Positions 27,950-41,539 of a DNA stretch of 64,000 bases are shown here, in pieces (the first letter of the stretch is position 1; the number at the start of each line of letters is the position of its first letter). The stretch lies in assembly GCF_009914755.1 (NCBI RefSeq), contig NC_060928.1, one strand, 5' to 3'. Position numbers and translations under genes: made by a program. Source of the stretch: the human T2T-CHM13v2.0 reference genome, Homo sapiens. The notes below the pieces were generated by a model. It saw nothing but the letters and a program-made list of their open reading frames with translations. It made no database searches and was not told the DNA's origin.

Positions 27950-28190
27950 CATAGCACTGGGTGGGTTGGGGATAAGATCATAAGACTGTGGCGTGGGAGT
28001 GCTTGAGTTCGGATCCCAGCTCTGTGGCTTATTACTCTTTGACCTTGGGCAAATTACTTTGTGCCTTTTCTCTTTAGTTTATTCTCCCATAAGTGTTGAT
28101 AAAAAAGTACTAGCTATCTCACAAAGACTTAAGACGTTAATAAACACAAAGACTTTGGAACAATGCCTAGCAGAGGTGACCATTCTATAA
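27950..28190 (+). mobile_element. MIR
   Basis: gagttcggatcccagctctg...tgaccttgggcaaattactt. Confidence 0.7.
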
Positions 28191-28399
28191 CTTGATGTTA
28201 GGTGTGACTATGAGCTACGTAATATGAAACACTTCCAAAAAATTAAGTTAAAAAAGAATGATATGCAAATATTCAAAAATAATCTGAAACATCCAGTGGC
28301 ATTTTCCCCAGGTCCTTGTCTCTGTGGGACTATACTGCTCCAGACAAGAGGGCAATTGAGCATTTGCCCCGTGAATTGAGGTAAAAAATGCCAGCAGAT

Positions 28400-28850
28400 T
28401 CATGGGCACTGGACACAACAGATAATTCAGAGAAAAGGAAATACAGATAGCCAATTAGCAATGAAAAGTTTTCAACCTCAGTGCTAATCAAGAACTTGCA
28501 AATTCAGATAAGGGTAACATGTGGTTCATTTATCAAATTAGCAAAGATTATAAAATAAAGGCTAAAATCCAAGACATGAAGGGTCAGACACACATTCTTA
28601 TACACTGCTGATTGGAGTAGAAATTAGTCAAACCCTCTGAAAGCAATTTAGCAATGTCCAGAGAAAACATACAAATCCTCAAGAGCTTTGAGTTAGTAAC
28701 TTTTTCCGGGGAGTTATCCTAAGGAAATAAAGATAAAGACATTCATGGCAGCAGTATTTATAACATTCACAAATGAAAATAATCTAACTTTCTAACAATA
28801 GGCAATTAGTTCAATAAATGAGAGTACAACTAGATGCTAGATATTGTATA
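28400..28850 (+). mobile_element. Old L1 (L1ME-type) ORF2/3' fragment
   Basis: aaatacagatagccaat...tcaaattagcaaagatt...tacactgctgattggag...ttatcctaaggaaataa. Confidence 0.6.
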
Positions 28851-29409
28851 ATATTGCAGTAATATTGGTAAGTAGAGATATTAATGAGTTTTGACCTTAA
28901 GTCAAAACTACTTATGACTGAAGGTTGGACCATGTAACCAGCACTGTTTCCTCTGGGTGTAGGGGAGTGCATAGGTGTGATCCCTGGCTATACTCTGCCC
29001 TGTCACCATGCTTTCCTGGTATGATGGGTAAATTTGGGATGGATAACTGAACATGATCTACTCTACCCTTTTTCCTTTGGAAATCTAGCTGCTTGTAGGG
29101 AGCATCTGTCCTCTTCTCCTGGGTGATAGAATCTTTCTCCAGAGGCATGTTTTTTCCTCCCATATCGGAAAGATTGTTCCAACTAGCATTGACCAAGAGA
29201 GGGGCTAATGCTGCCTACTTCTGAGATTCAACTGGGAGGATTATTTGGCTATCACACTAAGCCACATACTTCAGCATGGCCTTTATCAATAAAAGTGATA
29301 CATTGATTTTCCATCTCCCAGCATTCTTTTATTTGTATTTTTCAAACACTTGGTGGGAAAGAAAAGCATTATACTTTAAAAGACTCCACAGGTACTTCAA
29401 CATTAGAAA

Positions 29410-29965
29410 CTGACCATTAATAAAAACTACATAACAACTTAGTCCCAAATGTCAGTTATTTGACATCAATACACTTTTATTATCTCATAGTTTGTGAGGG
29501 TCAGGAATCCAGGCATGGCTTAGCTGAATGCAACTACCTCAAGTTCTCTCATAGGTTGCGATCAAGTTTCGGCTAGAGCTGTGGTCTCATCTGAAGGCTT
29601 GATAGAGGGAGAACTTGTTTCCAACCTCGCTCATGTTGTTGTGGCAGAATTGAGTTTCTTGCTGGCTATTGGCCTCCAGCCTTTCTCAGCCCCTTGCTGT
29701 GTGGATTGTCTCCTAGTGCAGCTCACAACATGGCAACTGGCTTTCCTCAGAGCGAGTGACTGAGAGTGCAAGGGAGCATGCACAAGGCAGAAGGCACTGT
29801 GGTTTTGTAACCACATCTCAGAAGTGACATTCCTATTACTTTTGCTATATTCTATTTCCTAGCAGAGAGTCACTAGGTCCAGCACACACTCAAAGGGAGG
29901 AGATTATATAAGAACATGAATACCAGGAGGCTAGGATCACTGGGCACCATTTTAATGGCTACACA
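29410..29965 (-). mobile_element. MaLR solo LTR, MLT1F/G-like
   Basis: ttattatctcatagttt...gggtcaggaatccagg...tcatctgaaggcttga...cagctcacaacatggca...gaataccaggagg. Confidence 0.8.
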
Positions 29966-30669
29966 CCCCCAAAACTAACATCCACCACAAGACAGGCTCA
30001 TAGCTAATCTCATTTAATCTTAATAACAAGCCAAGGAGTCAGTTAATAGGATTATCTGATTTTAAAAATGAAGATGTGGAGGCTCGAAAATGTTAAGTGT
30101 CTGGTTTGAAAGCTCACAAAATAGTAAAGGGACTGATCAGGGATTGGAACCATGACAGTCCACTCGCAGATTGTGTCTCCTTAGCTACTTGGAAAATATT
30201 AAGGAAAAACTGGAATTGCAGATAGGCAAATACATTTTATGACCTTATTTTTGTTAAAAATATATTTAAAAGAGGAAGAGGACATATTAAAATATTTTAG
30301 AAAAATTTTAAACCTTTCAGTGAAGGAATTACGAGTGGGTATATTTTCCCCTATTCTTTACATGTTCATATATATTTTTCAAAATGCTGATTATGGGTTT
30401 TTTATTTATCTAATATGGGGCAAGCTATGAACACAACAGAAAAAGTCTGTTCTCATAGGCCTTACAACACCAGGCCACCAATGGTGTGTGAGCCATCTTT
30501 CCTGAGTGCAAGCAGTCAGGTGCACTGTCTCCAAAAGGTAACATATAAATAGAGACCTAAATAAATTGAGAAAACATGTACTGTTTTCATAATCACAAAA
30601 ATATAGAGAAAATTTAAAGCTTGGGTGTCCCACTGTAGCTTAAAATTTGAAAGTTTTAAAAATTTTCCC

Positions 30670-31530
30670 ATTCATTCATTTTATATTCAGTCCTTTATTC
30701 ACTCAGTTACGCATTTTTATTGAGTGCCTATTAGGTGCCAAGCACTGTGCTAAGTACTGGGAATTTAGCAGCTAGTTAAACATATCTCCTTTCTCACATT
30801 CATTTTAGAATAGAGTGGAGAATACAGTTGTTCATCAACAAATGACTGAGATATATAATTGCAAACTGTGATATGTATTATGAAGAAAATACACAGGCTA
30901 TCAAGACAGCAGAAACCAGCAGTGCAGGTCAGTGAAGAGTCAGCCACAGAGGTCATTGGAATTGTAGTCACCAGTAGCATCCATTTGGGAAAGGTTATAT
31001 GTAAAAAGAGAATTGGGTAAGAAAAGAACCTTGAAAAATTCCCAAAGCTAATGGTGAAAGAAAGAGGATGAGCTGCAAGGAAAATTGAGAGGTAGGAGGA
31101 AAGTCCAGTGGAAGCCAAGGGAAGAAAGCTCTCCTGGAGGAGGAGAGTGGGCAGCCCTGCTGCATGAAGAAGGAGAGGGCTGAGAAGTGAGAAACACCTT
31201 CGGTGTTTAGTGACACGGTGTGAGTAAGCCTAGGAGCAGCCTTGGCAGATTAAAGTGGGTTGTAACTTGATGGGAGGAGAAGAAACAGGGACCATGTATA
31301 TTAATAGCTTTTAAAGCATATTTGGCTATAAAGAAGAAACATATAGGTTTGTAGGTGAAGGGAAAAGTGGAACCAAAGAAGGGTTTTAGATTATCTTTTC
31401 TTTTGAAATATGGGAGAGACTGTAGTTACTGAAATAGTGAAGATTTTGATCTCATAGAGAGGATAGATGTTGGCTGAGGGTGGGGACCATTAGAAAAAAG
31501 GTGACTGGTTCCTGAGAAGTTGAGTTTGGG
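30670..31530 (-). mobile_element. L2 fragments
   Basis: tttattgagtgcctattaggtgccaagcactgtgctaagtactggg followed by purine-rich L2 body. Confidence 0.65.
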
Positions 31531-32517
31531 GGAAGAATCCAGAGAAGAATAGAAGAAAATGAATCTCCTTCACCATCCTGTTGAATGTCCTACTCTTGTC
31601 ATCTTTCTCTTTCTTTCAAGGAAGCAAAGGAATCTTTAAAATGTTTTCAAATGTAGATGCTTAGAATTTGGGAGCATAAATGCAAACATCACACCTAAGG
31701 ATATTTTCATTACTCATCTCACTTTTTAAAGCACTTTTCTATGATTTCATTATTTTTATTTCCAGGACAGCCTGGTGAGGTTGTTGGGATGGCTGCCAAT
31801 CAATTCATGTGACTTATCTATGGAAACACAATGTCAATCTTGCTATTTATAAAGTGTCAAGAGATCTATATCACCTAACTGTCATGCCAATGCAATTTTA
31901 TTTTTTTACCATACTATGCCTCCTTAGACTCTTAAATCCATTAAATATAATCATAAAGTTCACAGCTTGAGAGTATAACTTGAAGACAAAGAAGAAAACA
32001 CCACAGAGAAGGTTTGGCTCGTTTATATCTTGACACCCTGGTAAATGCTTTCTTCACTCTCATCTGAAGGAAATTAGATGGAAATAGGACACATGTGTAA
32101 TGTCTTCCACATGAATTGAAGTGCATTGTGGATAAATGTCTGGACTTGCACGCTTGACAAAGGTCGGTCTTAGTACCATTTACTCAGCCGCTCCTGGGTG
32201 AACAGACACTCCTGGAGAGCCGATTCCCTCAGGCTCTGGAGACACTCCGAGCCCCCGTGCTTCTTGTTTAATAACACGAGCAGCACAGAGTTCTCAGGCA
32301 GCCTTGTGGTTTGATGAAATGGTATATATTTTCATTAGATTTTCGTGTGTGTATGTGGGAATATTCTGAAAACAGCAAAGCTATATAAAGATAAGTAATT
32401 ACATTAATAAAATAAAATAACAATACTAACACTTATTGAGTACTTACTCTTTCCTATTTTCAATAGCTTTAAGTGGTCTCTCATCCTAGTATTTAATTCT
32501 TATTCCATTTTAAATCC

Positions 32518-32943
32518 TGTCTTAGTCTGTTTGTGTTGCTACGAAGGTATACCTGAGGCTGGGAAATTTATAAAGAAAAGAGATTTGGCTCACGGTTCTG
32601 CAAGCTGTACAAGAAGCATGACACCAGCACCTGCCTCTGGTGAGGCCACAGGGAACTTTCATTCATGATGGAAGGCGAAGGGCAGCTGGCGTAACCCTTA
32701 GAGATCACATGGTGAGAGAGGGAGCAAGAGAGAGGGCAGGAGGTGTCAGGCTGTTTTTAACACTCAGATCTCAGGAGAACTAACAGAGTGAGAGCTCATT
32801 CCTTACCTGGAGGACAGCACCAAGACATTCATGAGGGATCTGTCCCCATGACCCAAACACCTCTCACCAGGCCCCACTTCCAACGCTGGGGGGGTCACAT
32901 TTCAACACGAGATTTAAAGGAGAGAAACATCCGAACTATATCG
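32518..32943 (-). mobile_element. MaLR solo LTR, MSTB-like
   Basis: tgtcttagtctgtttgtgttgct...ttggctcacggttctgca...cacatggtgagagagggagcaagaga...attcatgagggatc...aactatatc. Confidence 0.88.
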
Positions 32944-34934
32944 AGTTCTTAATCAAGGACATAGCATTAATCCTGTTCTCAAACCAATACCATTGCTGGC
33001 CCACTGACATAGACTAGGATTCCCTTGGAAGCACAAGTAATGGAGACCACAGCTAACATTTTGGAGACAGTCTGAAGCTTTTCCCAACATGGAGCGAGAC
33101 GCCTGGAAAATAACCCATCTTGTTCCCAGCTTGTCCTTTTACACTAAGGCATGTTCAGAAGCATGACCAGTCCTTCTCCCTCTCCTCTAGCCATGCTGAA
33201 CTGTGCTGTCTTTTAAATCCTGGCATTTATTTCTGAATCCTTGGAGCTTTCTGCTGCAAGGTCTGTTCTTCTTCCCTGCTCTCATCCCATCTTGACCTCC
33301 ATCAGTGTGGTCAATTTCAACAGACCCTCAGGTCTTTCTCCAGAAAGTCTCCACTGACCACTCCCCTACACAACCCTACTATGGGTGGAGTAATTGCCAA
33401 ACACCAATATTCTAAAACAATCACGTACAAAATGTTCTTGAAATACATTGAAATAAATGGATATGTAATTCTTTTCAGTTACTTTCAATTGGGTAAAGAA
33501 CAGAGCAGCAGAAATAATGAGATCCAGTGTTTTTCCTTCTTTTAATGCAGGTTGTAGGGCTGGGATTTTACTTCTGAATGCTACTGGTTTGTTTAATTTT
33601 CCAAAAAAAAGTGTGAGAATATATGCTCAAATTTCTCAAAATACTTAAAAACGTATTTTATTTGACCTCAAGTTGTACAAAGGAGTTCAGCCAAGGCTTG
33701 TGCATTTGATGACAGGTCTCTGAAGTAGAAATGTTTGAATTCTGTCTTGAAACAATTTTGCTTCTAATCATCTTGCAATGATTTTCAAGTTATTCTTGAA
33801 TTTTTCTGCTCCATTCTATGACTTGCATGGAATTTATTTTGTGACGGAAGGCCACATTCTGCCTATGAGGGCTGGTTATTCTGTTAGAATTTCCTCCTGA
33901 AGGTTCATGTAATATTATTTTCTTTCTCTCATGATTCCTTCTTCTTTAATTGTCTTATAAGAGAACACTTGGTAGTTCAAATCACATCTAATGTTTCCCT
34001 GATGCCAAAAGCATTAGTGGTTTTGTTAATTCCACCAAACAAACTCTAGTGTCTGAGTGTACTTATTACAATTCATCTAATTCAAGTGACTGGCCATGTT
34101 AATCAACACAGCAGCTTTTTTTATCAGTACATCCAGAGGAATAAATGAAATACAAGACTTGGAATCTGGGTTGTGTGTTCTGTTTCTCACACCTACAATT
34201 AATTACTTTCAGATATAAGTGATGGGATAGAGGGAGAAAGCTGAGATAAGGGACAGTCCAATGATAGTGGAAAGCGTATGTGAGGTGCAGTTTCAGGGCT
34301 GCTTCAGTTCAGCAGCTCATTCTTGTGCATAAAGGAGCAGGTTCTTTTTATCACTCTTCTCTGCCTTCCATGGGTTAGATTGGGCCTAACACTGGCTGCC
34401 TACCTGACAGCAAAAAATTGCAATTCCAGACTTTGGTCTGTACATGCACAGACCAGCAGAAGACAAAATATTTTTATGTGTGTGGAGGGGTAAGCTCTAA
34501 AAGGGTGAGAGTTTATTTTCCAGAAATCATAGCAAAACTTCTCTTGTGTCTCATTGGCCCTGAAATATGTGCTCATTTCTAGAACAAAGTCTGACCAGGG
34601 CATAGTCAAAACTGCTTGAGTAAGGCCTGGATAACTGGATTAACGTTAAGAACAAGAGGATGGCATTACCCAGATTGCTTTGACCAGTCAGCTTTCACCC
34701 CAGAAGTGGGGTTCACCCCTGTTCTGTGATAATCACCTGTGCTGTGTATCTATCGACTTAACTAGAATGTGGATTCACAGAAACAGGGTCTTGCACTCAT
34801 TTCACTTTGCATTTCTAGGTCAGAACACATTTGCTCTCACATCAGAAGAACTCAAAATATTTATTCAATGTGAATAAAGTAGCCAGTTTCCCATATGAGC
34901 TGCTATTAAGTTTGTTCCCTTTCAGTGATTCCAA

Positions 34935-35260
34935 GATTACTCATTTAGCACCTATTTGATACCGGACGCAGGGGAATAAAATGGTGATGAACAACCCAGT
35001 CCTTGATCTTAAGGAACTTACAGTTTTGTAAGAGAGAGAAAGATACATACATAAACAATTTTAATAAAATGTGATGATGTTACTGCTGAGCGCTGCAGGG
35101 CTGAGTTGGGGAACTTCCTGGGCTAATTGGAGGTGAGGAGGCCTCTCAGAGGAAGCGATATCTCCATGGAGGTCTGTCAGGCTTATGCAGCTTTGCCAAG
35201 AGAAGGGGGAGATGAATGGTTCACTGTGGAGAAGGATGATTCACTTTAGAGAGGAACATG
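34935..35260 (-). mobile_element. L2 fragment
   Basis: ccttgatcttaaggaacttacagt...ataaacaattttaataaaatgtgat. Confidence 0.5.
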
Positions 35261-35504
35261 ACAAGACCCCGTTATGATACCCATCATTCACTTTACAAAG
35301 TCTCACTGCAGACAGTGTGATATTACCTATTGTTAGACTGGCATGGTTGGTTGCTCTAACCAGGAGCATCAGGGGTATTCAGCCAGTACATAATGAGGAA
35401 GCTAATTCTGCAGAAGCAGCTTCTGCAAGTGTTTCAGCTTTTTTGCTTACTCGACACCAGAGAGGCCCACTACTTAGCATAATTTGTCTCAGAAATGTGT
35501 GTTT

Positions 35505-36070
<566 letters not shown>

Positions 36071-36084
36071 TTTGCTATATCAAC

Positions 36085-36220
36085 TCCTCCATTAAGTATT
36101 ATTATATTCCCTAGTTGTCAGATGAGGAAACTGAGGCAAAGAGAGGTTGAGGCACTTGTCTAAGGACACAGAGGTAGAAAGCAATAGACAGTAGGTGGCA
36201 ATTCTGAATCAGGCTCCTGA
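36085..36220 (-). mobile_element. MIR
   Basis: cagatgaggaaactgaggcaaagagaggtt...cttgtctaaggacaca. Confidence 0.75.
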
Positions 36221-38267
36221 GCCACCGTAGGAGAGTGGGGAAGGCCATTTGTGGAGAGATAGCCTTCACAAAGGCCAGCTTGTCCTAAGGAGAGGAGTGT
36301 GGAATTGTTGGAGGGATACAGGGAGCCAAGGGACATTGTTTAAAATTAGAGATATTTTGGAGTGTTGATAAGGTAATAACAATAAACTCGTCTATATACA
36401 GGCTAAAAAAGAGATTGACAGTTGAACAGAAGCCCCTCAGGAGGCAGAAGGGGGTAAAATTGAGGCAAAAAAGGACAACCTTGTAACAAGAAGGAAGAGT
36501 GAAAAATAAGAATGGAGGAATGGGAGAAACTGCCATGTGGGAGGAATGGCAGAATGCTGATGTATTGATTTTCCTTGTGAAGTGTGAGGAGAGTGAAGGA
36601 GGAGGTAGAATGAGAGCTTTGAGTAGAGTGATGTTTTGAAAAACAAGTGTCACAGAGAATGGAGAGAACAGTGGATAATGAAACTAAGAAAGATCTCCTG
36701 GTAGTGACGAGAGCCTGGGTGGGTTTGGAGAACAGAAAATGATGGTGGCAAGGTAGTAAATCACATTTTTTTTGGGGAAAAAAAGTCAAATGCTCTGATT
36801 TGGAGGGTTTGCTAATTTTGTTGGTTCAAACACCAATTTTGTTGATTCAAACATGGTTCATAACAAACCACTGGTGGTTTAAGAAGTGGCTCAAAAAATT
36901 TCTGCATATTTAACCACTGACTGTCAGGAAAACACAATCTTAGGCCAGTGCATCACTGACCCATACCGGCTTGTGAGATTTCCTCTACAGCACAGTGAAG
37001 AAACAGAAGCAGAATGCTTAGGTTGGCCCAAGGTTGTGGTTTCACCTGGTGAATTACAAAGGAAAAGGGACAGAAAGATAAGAATATAACTAAGGGAGTG
37101 ATGTGATTACATGTAATCCAGATTGCACAGACATAGTGGAGGTGATGAGAAACTACTATTGGTGACAGTGAATAATAGATATTTAGCATCATTCTTATGG
37201 GGTGGTTTGTGTTGAGGGGAGAGGTTATGGAAGGAATGGAAGATCATGTGTAGGTGGTCAAGATCAAGTGAAAAATAAAACCTTACAAGTCTTTTAGGGA
37301 CCTGTTAAAAGCAACAGTACCGGATGGATTATGAACTGGAGTAACAGATACCTGGATGCATCCCTGGAATGCACAAGATGACACTTTGTTTACTGTCCCT
37401 GAGACCTTACAGGTGGTCAGCTCCTTGGCTGCTTTGGAAGCCAATACCCATGAACCAGGACTCAAAGGGACTGTATAATTTCAAAATTCCATAGCTTTGT
37501 TTGAGAAAGCCCCAAACCTCTAGCAGAGAATAGGTGTTCCACAGTCTGAACCAACCTGGTTTTTGTGGCTAATTTCTCATTCTTTTTTTTTTTTTTTTGT
37601 ATCCATTCCACATACCTCTTTCACCCACACTCACAACTGTCAGACAAGATTATTCTGCACTGTTTAGTACCTCTCCGCTTTTACACATGTTCTCTCCTTC
37701 TTATTTATACACAGAATGCCTTTTCTCACCACCCATCATCTTTGGCCACCTGGCAAATATTGACTTATTCTTTATGCTTTCTTTCTAAAGTTCTCCCTTT
37801 TATAGGAATTCCTTCCCCTGCCCTCTCCAGGATGGCTTGCCCTTCATTGTGATAGTGTAGTGTTCTGTGCAATAAAAATGGAAATATTTCTCACATTGCA
37901 TTCTCACTTTAAATTTATTTATATCTCTCTAGCACTAGACTGCCACCTTCTTAAGGATAAGGATTATGTTTGATTCATACTGGTATCCCTATTACTTAGC
38001 AAAGCACCAGGTATATACATTCAAAGCTTTTGTTTTGTTTTGTTTTGTTTAATGGATGAGGTCCATGTTGCCTGGAACCTACAATCAAAAGATCTAAATC
38101 ATTCTGAAAAAATGACATAAAGACAATACACATATGTTTCCAATGTTACCTTCTCATTATGTTAGCAACAAGCCTAATATGAGAATATGGAAGGAATTTT
38201 GAGAACAGGGTATACCAAAATGGTTAAAGGCAGGGCTAATATATGTAGTGATCTCCCATTCTATAAC

Positions 38268-38602
38268 TGATATGGTTTGGCTGTGTCCTCACCCAAATCT
38301 CATCTTGAATTCCCACATGTTGTGGGAGGAACCTGGTGGGAGGTAATGGCAGATCTTTCTCATGCTGTTCTCATGATAGTAAATAAGTATCACAAGATCT
38401 GATGGTTTTAATAATGAGAGTTTCCCTGCACAAGCTCTCTCTTTGCCTGCCACCATCCATGTAAGATGTGACTTGCTCCTCCTTGCCTTCCGCCATGATT
38501 GTGAGGCTTCTCCAGCCACATGGAACAGTAAGTCCATTAAACATCTTTTTCTTCCCAGTCTCAGATATGTTTTTATCAGCAGTGTGCAAATGGACTAATA
38601 TA
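38268..38602 (+). mobile_element. THE1A/B solo LTR
   Basis: tgatatggtttggctgtgtcc...ggactaatata with perfect 5-bp TSD ATAAC (38263-38267 / 38603-38607). Confidence 0.92.
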
Positions 38603-39277
38603 ATAACACAAAGGATAAATTGCTAACCCATAATGACACTTTCCCACTGAGCCAGGACGAAACCTTAAAATCCTTTTCAGTAAAGCCTTCCAAACTGTCA
38701 CAACAAATAGTGTGGAGCTGGCATGTGGGAGGAACCTTGTGCACCATCCACAACAGAAAGTCTCTCTCCCTAGCAGCTGACTCTCAAAAGTGGTAAAGAA
38801 CATTTTTCCTCTGCCTTTGGTTCACTGAAACTGTTCTAAATAATATGCTCCATTTCACTAATAAGTAAAAAGCAGCAGATTGAGTTTGTTCCCAAGCCTT
38901 AATTATAAATCATTTTATCTTCCACTAAAGAGTATATTTTGATATTTTGAAAACATTGAAACCATTCCATGTCTTAATGAACAACATAGAAAAGAGTTCT
39001 ACATCTTGCATAAATTCATTTTGCTTAAATATTTCCATGGTCCACTGTGTAACACAGTTTATCTCTAGTTCAAGAAAATTCTTTTATAAAACAAACACTG
39101 TGTTTTATGCCCTGTTATCACATCATGATTCTTTATGTCTAGCTGATCAATAATTAGATGAAGATACTTTTTTAAAAAATCAAGAGGTGAATTTAAAAAA
39201 ATGTGCTGGGGAATCAGTTTTCTCTTTCAGTCAAAATATTTATGTATTTCTTTAGTTCTTGGACATTTTCTAATATC

Positions 39278-39404
39278 TTTTTTTTTTTTGAGACAGTGTC
39301 TTGGTATGTTGCCCAGACTGGCCTTAACTCCTGGGCTCAAGCAGTCCTCCTGCCCCAGCCTCCCAAATAGGTGGGATTACAGGTGCACACCACTGCACCC
39401 AGCT
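39278..39404 (-). mobile_element. Free left Alu monomer (FLAM_C-like)
   Basis: polyT then gagacag...tgttgcccagactgg...ctcctgggctcaagc...gggattacagg; monomer length. Confidence 0.85.
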
Positions 39405-39939
39405 ATTTCTTTTATCATTTATTTGATAATTTCATGTCTTTAAATTTCTTGTCATCTTTTATATTTTCCAATCTCATTAACTGTTTATCTTTTTGTTTTA
39501 GATTTCCTCACGGTTGTTCCTAAATCTTTGCCTGGAGTCATTTATTTCAGATATTGTATTTCATTATTTGAGAGATTCTTTGTTCTCTAATTTTTTCTAT
39601 AATATCTTGTTTGTGTTTCATGGATTTACCATATTTTAAAATTTGTGGAAGCATAGTAATTGAACTTTTTAGTTTTTTTTTAATGATTGTCTCTTCTCTA
39701 AATTCTCTCTTTTCTCCAGTGCCAGGTATTCTTCCACATTGATATTTTGAAATTCGTTTTTTATTTGCTGAGTTTCTCTTATATACATGCCTAATGAGTC
39801 GCATTTCATTCAAGAAGAGAAACAACTCTGGGTATGTCTTTGCAGGAGGTAATTGAACCAAGGGAACTGGAAACTACAAAACCATGGGAAGCGCGGAGGT
39901 GAGTCCGGGCCCAGCAGGTCTCTCTTGCGGAGCAGGGGT

Positions 39940-39975
39940 GGCGCAGGGAGCATGCGCGGCGCAGGGAGCATGCGC
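39940..39975. repeat. 18-bp perfect tandem duplication (ggcgcagggagcatgcgc x2)
   Basis: Directly visible, inside a GC-rich patch. Confidence 0.95.
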
Positions 39976-40687
39976 AGGGCCGGCTGCAGCCATTCTGCCA
40001 TCCGGCGCTTGTGCAGGTGCCTTCCGCGGAGTCAGTCTAGGAAACGTTTCCAGGCGCCTAGTCTTTGCAATCAAAAGAATCAGAAATGTTGCTGAGGCCC
40101 TAAGAGGCAGTTCTGCACAGCTGCTCAAAACAGAATCGGAGGATGGATGATGGGGGATAGTGTGTGCGGCTCTTTGCTGGCTAGGTCTCCTACCAGACTT
40201 TTAAAAAGTAGCACGTGAAGGTGTATGGAGGTCAGCACACAGCGCTGCTTAGGACTCTTTCTTCACAGGAAGTGGGTAAGGAGCTAGCTGTGAGATGCAA
40301 GTCCCTCAAATAGTAACAACAACAACAACAACAAATATTTTTAATTTGGAATGCCACCTTCCAAGTTAGGAGCATCAGCTTTCCCCAACATTCCTTTCAG
40401 TTTCTTGGAGGAGAACCTCTGGGGTTTGGCACTGGGGAAATATCAGCTGTTACTTGCTTTCCATTTTGGATAAGGATTGAGGGATGGAAATGCTGATTCA
40501 GTCACTGTTTCTCTCTTCAGCAGCATGCCTGCCTCAACCTCAGCCCTCAGCCAATGCCTTCTGACTCCGAGCCGAGAGCCCTTCCTGACCTCGTGGCTGA
40601 GCGTCTCTGGCCTTCTCTGCAGCTCCTCAACGGTGTGGCAGCGCAGCGCAGGCCCTCCTGGCTGACCTTCAGAAATCTGTTGAAATC

Positions 40688-40792
40688 TTAAAATAAGAAA
40701 ACAGGGAAGCTTGCTGCATCGATTGACTCTTCCTTTCACGAAAGATTTCTCTGTAGCGTGCAATGCTATGCACTGGAAAAAGAAAGAAAGAA
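40688..40792 (+). mobile_element. Short retroposed insert composed of antisense Tigger1 sequence plus A-rich tail
   Basis: gcatcgattgactcttcctttcacgaaagatttctctgtagc matches recalled Tigger1. Flanked by 17-bp direct repeat agaaatctgttgaaatc (40671-40687 / 40793-40809); tail aaaaagaaagaaagaa. Confidence 0.75.
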
Positions 40793-41539
40793 AGAAATCT
40801 GTTGAAATCACTCGTTCGTTGCTGTTGACCCTCTCCACACCGTTGTCTTTGAGAACCTGGATTGTACTTATAGGCTTTATTTCATGGAGGCTTATGGCAA
40901 ACAGGTGGCAAGGGCATATGTCTACTCTGCCATTTAACTCGGAGAGTTTTGCCTGCTTTTTAAGGTATCTTTGAGTACTTAATATGGGCCTCTATCTGAT
41001 CTTTGCACCCTGACTTTTCATAACGGTACAGTGCACGTGAAAAATTCTGTTCAGTCAAGCCTGAACTGCCTTCTGAACTCAGATGCTCATTTTTGATTCA
41101 GTTTCTTTGCAGCCCTAGGAGGACCATTCTTCTTCCTTTCTTCCCCTATGTATTTGAATAATTCATCAAGGCCAAATTAATTCCATTTCCTTCATCAAGG
41201 TGAATTCAGCTAATTGTAGCATTCTCCCTTCTCTGAACTATAATTGAACCATTATTACGTGATAAAGACATGTCTATACTAGACAACCTGGTACTACATA
41301 TACTTTTTGTTATATAATTATGTATGTGTTCTAATTAGTTAAGTAACACTCTACTAGATTCTGGAAGTTATTTAAGGCATGTCACATATGTACTTATGCA
41401 GTTAGATTTACCTTGCTGAAACCAATGTCTCTTTTAGGGCATAGCATGATACTGGAGATATGGTAAAATATTAATACACAAATGTACAATTTATTCATTA
41501 CAAAAAATTTACACTGCAATCAACTACATACACACGTTC

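Noticed and set aside
33551-33586. 36-nt candidate exon after ttttaatgcag
   Set aside because: Donor GTTTGT is weak and the peptide is unrecognisable.
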